The position numbers were made by a program, and so were the translations under genes. Source: Phycisphaerae bacterium (GTDB lineage Bacteria > Planctomycetota > Phycisphaerae > UBA1845 > PWPN01). From it: DNA of 29,821 nucleotides. Shown here piece after piece: positions 16,680 through 24,345 of this stretch. The stretch lies in assembly GCA_045863575.1 (NCBI GenBank), contig BTUC01000002.1, forward strand, positions 10,726-40,546, given 5' to 3'. Within the stretch, counting starts at the first letter, position 1, and each line of letters begins with the position of its first letter. The notes beneath the pieces were generated by a model. That model did no database searches. It was not told the DNA's origin and was given only the letters and a program-made list of their open reading frames with translations.

Positions 16680-17927
16680 CTATTCTCCATGCCTGGCCGA
16701 CTCGTCGCTCTTCGCTTCGGGTGACCCGCGCCCCCGCATCTGCTCACCTCGACCGGTATACCGAAGCCTGTAAATCCGGTTACCTTTGTCGTCGCTGATG
16801 AGAAGCGTCCCATCGGGTGCAACGGCCACGTCCACCGGCCGGCCCAGCGGCGACTTGGCGCCTTCGGGAAGGAAGTGAACATACCTCTGTTCGCCGTAGG
16901 GCCGGCCGTTCTCAAACAACACGCGAGTCACGCAGTAGCCCGCCGGCTTGCTGCGGTTCCACGAGCCGTGGTAAGCCACGAACGCGTCACCCCTATGTCC
17001 GGGAAACTGGTCGGCCGTGTAGAACTCCATGGCATTGGCCGCCCAGTGAGCACCGCCGCACCACTCGGGAACAGTGGTTTTGGCGGCCAGGGCGACGATG
17101 TCCTCCCGCTCCATGTACTCGTAGCGCGGCAATCTCATGCCCACGATGAAAGGATGGCCGTAGAAGCCCCCTTCCCGATAGTGATTCATCTCTTCAGGAG
17201 GGTTCAGATCCGTGATCGGCTGGCCGGCCTCACCGCCCTCCCCGAGTTCCTTTCCGAACCAGTCGCTGCCGTGATCCATGCCCCAGATTTCATCGGTACC
17301 CGGCCGGACGACGAGTTTCTCGGTATTGCGGATGCCCGTGCAGAAAAGCTTCTCATCGCTGCCGTCGAGGGCGTAGGACCAGATTTTCTGGCGCTTGGTG
17401 TCGGCTTCGTCGGTGATGTTCCCGCTGTCCCCGATGCTGGTGTACAGCCGCCCTTTATGGATCAGGATCGACCGCCACCAGTGGCCGCCCCCTTTAGTCA
17501 AACGCCCTTCGGGGATCACGATGACGTGCTCGTCGCTACGGCCATCCCCATCGGTGTCCCGGGCCCGCCCAATGGCAGTCGACAGGGAGTACCACAGCCA
17601 GCCGTCGTGCCAGCACAACCCGTGCACCGACGGGCCCGCCTTGAGGAAGGTCGTGATCTGTTCGTAATGACCATCCCCATCCGCATCGCGGCAAGCTTTG
17701 ATTTCACCATCAGTTGGAACACTGACGTACAGCGTCTGATCCGATCCCAGCCGCATGAATCGCGGAGTCTTGATTCCGTCAACAACCACCGTGAGCGAGT
17801 AACCGGGGCGGACCCAGGGGCCCGGCGCCCCCTCGGAAGCTGCGCTACCAAAACCCCCGAGGATGGAAAGTAGCCCTGCCAGCCCGACCCATGCGAGCCG
17901 ACCCGTATGTCCGATAATCAAGCCCAT
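16680..17927 (-). CDS. soluble quinoprotein glucose/sorbosone dehydrogenase-family (GSDH, beta-propeller) protein
   Basis: The preferred start is the ATG at 17927 (MGLIIGHTGRLAWVGLAGLLSILGGFGSAASEG signal peptide, GGAGAG box upstream). The track's TTG start at 17999 adds 24 aa with no signal peptide. Family-typical motifs DADGDGHYE, DTDGDGRSDEHVIV, GGGHWWRSI, YGHPF, APDGTLLISDDKGNRIYRL. Confidence 0.8.
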   Translation of the reverse strand: MGLIIGHTGRLAWVGLAGLLSILGGFGSAASEGAPGPWVRPGYSLTVVVDGIKTPRFMRLGSDQTLYVSVPTDGEIKACRDADGDGHYEQITTFLKAGPSVHGLCWHDGWLWYSLSTAIGRARDTDGDGRSDEHVIVIPEGRLTKGGGHWWRSILIHKGRLYTSIGDSGNITDEADTKRQKIWSYALDGSDEKLFCTGIRNTEKLVVRPGTDEIWGMDHGSDWFGKELGEGGEAGQPITDLNPPEEMNHYREGGFYGHPFIVGMRLPRYEYMEREDIVALAAKTTVPEWCGGAHWAANAMEFYTADQFPGHRGDAFVAYHGSWNRSKPAGYCVTRVLFENGRPYGEQRYVHFLPEGAKSPLGRPVDVAVAPDGTLLISDDKGNRIYRLRYTGRGEQMRGRGSPEAKSDESARHGE

Positions 17928-18382
17928 TTCTGCTCTCCGGAAGCCCTGCTGCCCAGGACGACAGCAGGAGAGGATGGCGGAAACCCGGTCCTGGATCAAC
18001 CCTGGAGCATCATGGCGGTTCTGGGACTCACGAGCGCGCCGACAATGGTATCTCAGATCAATTTTTAACCAGATTTACAAAGTGACCTCTTGATCTGCTG
18101 AATGTAATCGGGTAAAACAGGATGTAATTCAGGGGGAGAGACACCAAACGCAGGTGTCCGGTGAGGAAAGGAGCGCGCGGAGATGCCGCCAGTCGCGGCT
18201 CGGAGGGCAAGGGAAAGTTGTAGTCATTCCGTACTTTCCCGGCCTCTCAAATCTCTCACCTCGCTCCCAATCTTGTTGAGTGCGACCGAACCAGTGGGGT
18301 TCGTTTCGACAAATCGTTGAAGGCAAGCTTGCGCAGATCGCATCTCGCGGAATAGGGCTTGCCGGAAGAAGGAGGAGTGAAC

Positions 18383-19021
18383 ATGCGAAAGTACGTGATT
18401 CTGAGTGCATTGCTGACAGCGACGATCGTCGCACCCGCCAGCGCGAATCTGCTGGTGAACGGCGGTTTCGAGACTGGCGACCTGACCGGCTGGACTCACT
18501 ATCAGGATGGTTGGGGCGGCGGCGTGAGCAGCGCCGTGGGCGGAGACGGGGACGCCACCCTCTGGAATCCGACCGATCGAACACCGGAAGGAAACTACTC
18601 CGCCCGGGTGACTGACGGAAACAGCGGTTCCGGCGGCATCTACCAGGTCGTGGATACATCTGCCCTGATCGGCCAGACGATCAACCTGCAGGGCTTGGTG
18701 CACACCGGCCGCAACACCTCGAGCAATTGGCAGGATGGCTGGCATGAGTTCGGTGTCATGCCCGGCACCAACACCAACCCGAACGCCGGCACAGCGATCG
18801 TCCTCTACAAGCGCGATTCCGGCGCCGCCGATGAGTGGGTCGCCGTTGACCTCCCGTTCTCGGTCACGACCCCTACGGTCACGGTGTTTGCCAAGGTTGG
18901 CGCCGTCAATAGCGTCCCCGTGGCCACCTGGATTGACGCGGCTGTCCTGACTCCCGAGCCGGCCACACTGGCCCTGCTGGGGATTCCGATGCTGCTCTTC
19001 CGCCGTCGGCGTCAGGCCTGA
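18383..19021 (+). CDS. PEP-CTERM protein with CBM4_9-like carbohydrate-binding module (paralog 1)
   Basis: ATG at 18383 preceded by AAGGAGGAGTGAAC. Signal peptide MRKYVILSALLTATIVAPASA; NLLVNGGFETGDLTGWT (CBM4_9 hallmark); C-terminal VLTPEPATLALLGIPMLLFRRRRQA. Confidence 0.85.
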   Translation: MRKYVILSALLTATIVAPASANLLVNGGFETGDLTGWTHYQDGWGGGVSSAVGGDGDATLWNPTDRTPEGNYSARVTDGNSGSGGIYQVVDTSALIGQTINLQGLVHTGRNTSSNWQDGWHEFGVMPGTNTNPNAGTAIVLYKRDSGAADEWVAVDLPFSVTTPTVTVFAKVGAVNSVPVATWIDAAVLTPEPATLALLGIPMLLFRRRRQA

Positions 19022-19094
19022 CCAGCACGAAGCCCGGACGGACCATGTGCATGAGTCTTGGCCCGGGCTGAGCTGCTCCCTGTTTGTCTAACTG

Positions 19095-19137
19095 AAACGC
19101 CGCGCCCTATTCTCGGGGCGCGGCGTTTTTCTATTTT
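19095..19137 (+). terminator. rho-independent terminator of PEP-CTERM paralog 1
   Basis: aaacgccgcgccc-tattctc-gggcgcggcgttTTTCTATTTT. A 12-13 bp GC stem with a 7-nt loop and a T-tract, 75 nt after the stop. Confidence 0.8.
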
Positions 19138-19554
19138 ACTTCAACGAGAAGCTGCGGCCCATTAGTGCGGGAGGAGACCGGGCCGTCAAAATATCCATGC
19201 AAAATACAACAATCCTCTTGAATGCTCGTCGCGAGCGAGGTATAAGAAAACTCAGAGGCCGGAGTTTGATTCCTTCTGATTCGGCATCAGGCCGTTGCAA
19301 GAGCGTACCGGGCTGACTTGGCCCGGAGGTCGGAAAGACATTGAGGGAGAAAAGCATTCTGCAGCATTCGTGCGCATTCTTGCCAATTCCCTTCCGACCA
19401 GGACCGATCGTCTTCGCTCTTTTCATCTTCGCGTATAACCGGAACCGTGTGGTCCGGTAATTCGCTTTTCGCGCTGGGCGGCCTGTAACAAGCCGCCGAA
19501 TGAGGGGCTGCATCTTTCACAGGCAAATCGCAGCCAAAAAAAGGAGGAGTGAAC

Positions 19555-20205
19555 ATGCGTAAGATGGCAATCATCGGTGCACTGGCGGTGGTGGCGGCGT
19601 TCGTGGCCCCGGCCAACGCTGTTCTGGTGGTGAATGGCGACTGGTCAACCGGCGATGAGACTGGTTGGACCCAGTGGGCATCGCCCTGGGGCGGAAATCA
19701 TGCATGGTCGGTCGATGCTGGTGATGGCAATCCGGCTCCCGCAGGCAAGCTCACCATCAACGACGGAGCGGGCGGGAAAAGCTTCGGGTGGTATCAGGCC
19801 ATTCCGGCTGTCGTGGGCCAGAGCTATACGATCACGGGGGATTGGTCCGGCAGCCAGATTGGCTGGATCGAGCTGATGTTCTTCAGTGACGATGGTCGTC
19901 CGATCTACGATCAGCTTGATGCGCCGGTCGCCGGTGCGGTGATCGCCAAGCGCGACGCAGGCGGCCTGGGCGGCGGCCCGAATTTCGGCTGGTAGTCTGC
20001 CCTGAACTCGCAGCAGAACCCCAACACGCAGGTCGCCACCGCCCCGATCATGTACGTCGGGCTCAAGGTTGGCGCGGTTCCGGGATTCGGTGGCTTCCCG
20101 GCCGTGGGTGCGTTTGACAACATCACGGTTGTGCCCGAGCCGGCCACGCTGGCCCTGCTCGGCCTGCCCATGGTGGTACTCTTCCGCCGTCGGCGCCACG
20201 CCTGA
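19555..20205 (+). pseudogene. PEP-CTERM / CBM-like paralog 2, interrupted by an in-frame TAG at 19993-19995 (annotated ORF ends there; 70 further in-frame codons encode an intact PEP-CTERM tail)
   Basis: ATG at 19555 with the same AAGGAGGAGTGAACATGCG context as paralog 1. Signal peptide MRKMAIIGALAVVAAFVAPANA; VLVVNGDWSTGDETGWT. After W-TAG the same frame reads SALNSQQNPNTQVATAPIMYVGLKVGAVPGFGGFPAVGAFDNITVVPEPATLALLGLPMVVLFRRRRHA-TGA (20203-20205), checked codon by codon. That tail is homologous to the C-terminus of paralog 1. Confidence 0.6.
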
Positions 20206-20271
20206 TCAAGCTTCTTCCAGGAGGTGCCGTTCGCACCTCAGCGACAATCATCATCAGGTGATACACCATGG

Positions 20272-20310
20272 ACCGCCGCGGGCACCTTAAACCCGCGGCG
20301 GTTCTTGTTC
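20272..20310 (+). terminator. terminator-like hairpin (ACCGCCGCGGG-N9-CCCGCGGCGGT followed by TCTTGTT) 67 nt after the downstream TGA of paralog 2
   Basis: Perfect 11-bp GC stem, then a T-rich run. A second, smaller hairpin (GAGGTGC-cgttc-GCACCTC) lies at about 20219-20240. Confidence 0.5.
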
Positions 20311-20526
20311 GTCCACCCCCCGGCTCAGCAGGGTTCAGGGGACATATAGATTTGGATGGGAGCGGCGCCGGCCGTCCTGCAGGAGTACCCGATTGGGGCG
20401 AAATCCTGGTCTCACGAGAGGCGACGCGTGAACCGGCAGGTTACTAAAATCATTCCGACCCGGACCGCAGCGCACGCGTGGGCTGCTGTGCGCTAACGAG
20501 ACCGGCATTAGAAGGAGCCATCCCCC

Positions 20527-21750
20527 TTGCAGTTGATGGATACCTCATTGGCCGCGACCGGAATCGCAGAGCCGCTGGAACTCGGTGTACAGGCGGGACA
20601 TCCCCGGCACAACCGGCTGTTCCGAAGCTTCTTCCTTGGCGGATTTGAATGTTCCTGCCACTTCCGATACCAGGGGGGGCCCCGACTGGATGTGATCGCC
20701 GCCACGAACCACGACCAGTGGGCGCGGCAGGACTACGCCGCCTTACAGAGGTTCGGCATTCGCACCGTCCGGGACGGGATCCGCTGGCATCGCATCGAGA
20801 CGACGCCCGGGGAGTACAACTTCGCCTGCGATCTCCCGCTGGTGCGTGCCGCCCGCCAGACGGGAACTCAGGTCATCTGGGATCTCTGCCACTACGGGTG
20901 GCCCGACGACCTGGACCCGTTCACCGCTGAGTTCCCGCGCCGCTTGGCCGCCCTGAGCAAGGCTTTTGTCCGGCTCCTGCTGGAAGAAGGTGAAGAACAG
21001 CCATTCGTCGTACCCGTGAATGAGATTTCATTTCTCTCGTGGATTGGCGGGACGGAAGGCAAATTCCCGCCGTTCGCCACGCACCGCGGCGATGAACTCA
21101 AGCGAGCGCTGGTACGGGCCACCATTGAGACCATTGAGGCCGTCCGGGAAGTCGCTCCTCAGGCCCGCTTCTGCCTGGTCGACCCCATGATCAATGTGGT
21201 GGGTCATCAAGACAATCCGGAGGACTGCCGACAGGCCGAAGAATACCGCCTGGCCCAGTACGCTGCCTGGGACATGATTGCCGGACGAGCGGCACCCGAA
21301 CTGGGCGGCAAACCTGAGTACCTGGACATCATTGGCGTCAACTACTATGTACACAACCAGTGGCTGCACGCGGGCCATGGCGAGTTTGTGCGAATGCTCA
21401 AGCCGTCAGACGCCGGGTACCGACCCGTTTCCAACCTGCTGGCTGAGGTCCACGAGCGCTACCAGCGGCCTATTTTCATTGCCGAAACAGGAATAGAAGG
21501 CCGCCACCGGGCCCCGTGGCTCCGGAGCATCTGTCGTGAAGCGGGCAAGGCACTCACGGCCGGCGTCCCCCTCGAAGGGATCTGTCTTTATCCGGTGGTG
21601 GATTACCCGGGATGGGCAGATGATCGCCACTGCCCCGTCGGCCTTCTGGGCTACGCGGGACGGGGTGGCCGTCGCCCGGTCTATCGGCCATTGGCAGCGG
21701 AGATGAAGCGCCAGCAGGCGCACTTCTGCGCCTTAATGGGGGGCTGCTGA
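20527..21750 (+). CDS. glycoside hydrolase family 1-like (clan GH-A beta-glycosidase-like) protein, short form
   Basis: 407 aa, TTG start 9 nt after an AGAAGGAG SD. GH1-like N-terminus FFLGGFECSCHFRYQGG...DYAALQRFGIRTVRDGIRWHRIETTPGEYNF (compare GH1 'RfSIsWsRI.P.G.G..N'). NE in VPVNEISFL (acid/base) and IAETGIEG (nucleophile; compare ITENG). Confidence 0.75.
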   Translation: MQLMDTSLAATGIAEPLELGVQAGHPRHNRLFRSFFLGGFECSCHFRYQGGPRLDVIAATNHDQWARQDYAALQRFGIRTVRDGIRWHRIETTPGEYNFACDLPLVRAARQTGTQVIWDLCHYGWPDDLDPFTAEFPRRLAALSKAFVRLLLEEGEEQPFVVPVNEISFLSWIGGTEGKFPPFATHRGDELKRALVRATIETIEAVREVAPQARFCLVDPMINVVGHQDNPEDCRQAEEYRLAQYAAWDMIAGRAAPELGGKPEYLDIIGVNYYVHNQWLHAGHGEFVRMLKPSDAGYRPVSNLLAEVHERYQRPIFIAETGIEGRHRAPWLRSICREAGKALTAGVPLEGICLYPVVDYPGWADDRHCPVGLLGYAGRGGRRPVYRPLAAEMKRQQAHFCALMGGC

Positions 21751-21933
21751 GCTTCCGCGGGTCGGCAAGACCTGGAACGCCTGCAATTTGCCGGCCTGCT
21801 CGGCAGTGCACGAGCCCTAGAATGCTCACGAAGATTGTTCGCGGTGACGGCGCGGAGGCGGGCCCAGCCTCACGCTACAACCGCGTCGAAGGAGTTCGAG
21901 TCGGTGGCTACAGCAGTCAGTACGAGCCGAACG

Positions 21934-23811
21934 ATGACGCGGACGGTCGGCTACCCACGCCCGCAGCTCGAGCGCGTCGGATGGATCTGCCTCAACGGAC
22001 CCTGGGATTTCGCTCTCGACCCGGGGGCGCGCTGGAATCTGCCCGATCAGGTGCCTTGGAATGGTACGCAGATCATCGTGCCGTTCTCTCCGGAGACCCA
22101 GGCCAGCGGCGTAAGCGAACCTGGCTTCTACCGCGCCTGCTGGTACCGCCGAACCTTCAGCGCGCCCCGGATGGCGGATGGCAAGCGGCTGCTTCTGCAT
22201 TTCGGAGCGGTGGATTACCAGGCCACCGTCTGGGTGAATGGCCGCCTGGCCGTCCGGCACATGGGAGGCTATACGCCGTTCCATGCCGATATCACCGACC
22301 TGCTGCACGAATCCGGGCCACAGGTCATCGAGGTGCTCGCGGAAGACGACCCTGCGGATCTGGCCAAACCGCGCGGTAAGCAGGATTGGCAACTGCACCC
22401 GCATTCTATCTGGTACCCGCGAACGACAGGCATCTGGCAGACCGTCTGGCTGGAGGTCGTGCCGGCCGTGTGGATTGAACAAGTGCGTTGGACGCCCAAT
22501 GTCGAGCGCTGGGAGCTGGCTCTCGATGTAGTCATCCAGGGTGAGCTGCGCAATGACATGCGCCTCAACGTGCGGTTGGAGGCCAACGATACCCTGTTGG
22601 CGGATGACGTTTACACCGTGGTGGCCGGCGAGGTGCACCGCAAGATTGTCTTCTCTGACCCCGGCATCGACGATTATCGCAACGAGCTGCTGTGGAGTCC
22701 CATTCGACCCACGCTGATTCAGGCCCAGTTGGAGCTGCTCACGCCAGAGGGCGAAGCCGCAGACGTGGTTTTGAGCTACACGGCCATGCGCTCGATCGGT
22801 ATCCAGGGCAATCGGCTGGTGCTCAATGGTCGTCCCATCTCCCTCCGGCTGGTTCTGGACCAGGGGTACTGGCCCGAAACGGGAATCACCGCCCCCAGCG
22901 ACGATGCGTTACGCAAAGACGTTGAACTGGCCAAGAACATGGGCTTCAACGGTGTGCGCAAGCACCAGAAGATCGAGGATCCCCGATATCTGTACTGGGC
23001 AGACCGGCTGGGGCTTTTAGTCTGGGAGGAGATGCCCAGCGCCTACCGGTTCACGCGTCGCTCGATCGAACGGCTGATGGTCGAGTGGACCGAGGCCATC
23101 AAGCGGGACAGCAGCCATCCCTGTATCATCGCCTGGGTGCCGCTCAACGAGTCCTGGGGCGTGCCCGATCTGCCCGACAGCCCCACGCAGCGTCACTACG
23201 TGCAGGCCCTGTATCATCTCACCAAGACGCTCGATCCAACCCGCCCGGTGGTTGGCAACGACGGCTGGGAGAGCGTGGCCACGGACATCATTGGCATTCA
23301 CGACTATGATGAGAACCCCGAGACCATCCGGGAGCGTTACGGAAGCGAAGATCAGACGCTGTCCAGGCTGGCGGAGCGCGAACGGCCGGGCGGGCGGCTG
23401 CTGGTTCTGGACACCAACCTCCAGGGGCTTTTGCCCATCATCCTGACGGAGTTCGGCGGCATTGCCTGCTCGCCCGACCGCGAGCGCACCTGGGGTTATT
23501 CACTGGCCAAGGACAGCGAACAGTTCGCCGAGCAGTACAGCCGGCTGCTGGAAGCCGTGCGGTCCATCCCCATGCTGGCCGGTTTCTGCTACACGCAATT
23601 TGCCGACACCTACCAGGAGGCGAACGGACTGCTGTACGCCGACCGCACGCCGAAGTTCCCCATGCGGCGCATGAGGTTGGCCACCGCCGGCCCCAAGGGT
23701 GAACGCGAGCAGCAGGTGGAAACGAAGTGGCGCGATCGACTCATGCAGGTTCAACTGTTCCACTACTCCATTCCCTCCGAGGACCACCGCAGTCAGCAGG
23801 ACCGCGGGTGA
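21934..23811 (+). CDS. glycoside hydrolase family 2 (beta-galactosidase/beta-mannosidase/beta-glucuronidase-like; possibly beta-galactofuranosidase)
   Basis: N-terminal sugar-binding domain (YPRPQLER...ICLNGPWDFALDP). A TIM barrel with WVPLNESWG (acid/base) and IILTEFGG (nucleophile). No signal peptide. Start ambiguous: ATG at 21934 or TTG at 21835 in the track. The 270-aa minus-strand overlap is rejected as antisense. Confidence 0.85.
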   Translation: MTRTVGYPRPQLERVGWICLNGPWDFALDPGARWNLPDQVPWNGTQIIVPFSPETQASGVSEPGFYRACWYRRTFSAPRMADGKRLLLHFGAVDYQATVWVNGRLAVRHMGGYTPFHADITDLLHESGPQVIEVLAEDDPADLAKPRGKQDWQLHPHSIWYPRTTGIWQTVWLEVVPAVWIEQVRWTPNVERWELALDVVIQGELRNDMRLNVRLEANDTLLADDVYTVVAGEVHRKIVFSDPGIDDYRNELLWSPIRPTLIQAQLELLTPEGEAADVVLSYTAMRSIGIQGNRLVLNGRPISLRLVLDQGYWPETGITAPSDDALRKDVELAKNMGFNGVRKHQKIEDPRYLYWADRLGLLVWEEMPSAYRFTRRSIERLMVEWTEAIKRDSSHPCIIAWVPLNESWGVPDLPDSPTQRHYVQALYHLTKTLDPTRPVVGNDGWESVATDIIGIHDYDENPETIRERYGSEDQTLSRLAERERPGGRLLVLDTNLQGLLPIILTEFGGIACSPDRERTWGYSLAKDSEQFAEQYSRLLEAVRSIPMLAGFCYTQFADTYQEANGLLYADRTPKFPMRRMRLATAGPKGEREQQVETKWRDRLMQVQLFHYSIPSEDHRSQQDRG

Positions 23812-23925
23812 CCAGCGATCCGCCCTCACCAGGGCCCTGCTGCCGCACTCCCGCGGCAGGTGCTTAATCGTTTCAAGCCGATTTAATCTCTAATTAGAAG
23901 CATTAATGCCCACACCCTTCCCGGC

Positions 23926-23954
23926 TTGACATTCGGGCGGGACGGGGCTTACAT
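23926..23954 (+). promoter_or_regulatory. candidate sigma70-type promoter TTGACA-N17-TTACAT in the AT-rich GH2/GT intergenic region
   Basis: TTGACAttcgggcgggacggggcTTACAT, seen directly, about 390 nt upstream of the GT-UGM ATG and next to an AT-rich stretch (cttaatcgtttcaagccgatttaatctctaattagaagcattaatg). Confidence 0.3.
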
Positions 23955-24345
23955 CTACCGAGGCGCACGAAGTGAATCGCACCTGCTTTCCAGACGCACG
24001 AGGCGGATGACGGCGAGACTCGGGATGCACGTCTGCATGCATCCTGACGAAGTGTTCCGCCCTCCGGAGCATGGCGCGATGAGCGTCACGCGGAAGAAAC
24101 TATCCGTCTGCAGGACTGACCAGCTTCAGCCGGGCCGAGTACGCCGGTTGCATGGGTTCCACGCGTCGCCGACCTGCGGATCACCGCGTTCACATGCCTC
24201 CTCCGGCCCTCGGCCGGTCGCCACGGTTTTTTGAAAGCAACCCGCCTCCGGTGCTGCCGCCCGCGCCCCGGGGAAGCTACGAACTGCGCGCCGCGAGGCG
24301 CCGGCAGAAAACATGGGTCTGCGGACCATAAACGGGAGGATATCC

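Noticed and set aside
16680-17999. Track start at 17999 for the dehydrogenase gene
   Set aside because: That start is a TTG and adds 24 residues with no signal peptide. The ATG at 17927 has a GGAGAG box and begins a canonical signal peptide.
19993-19995. TAG read as pyrrolysine
   Set aside because: No pyl gene context is visible in this window. Nonsense mutation, sequencing error or read-through are far more parsimonious.
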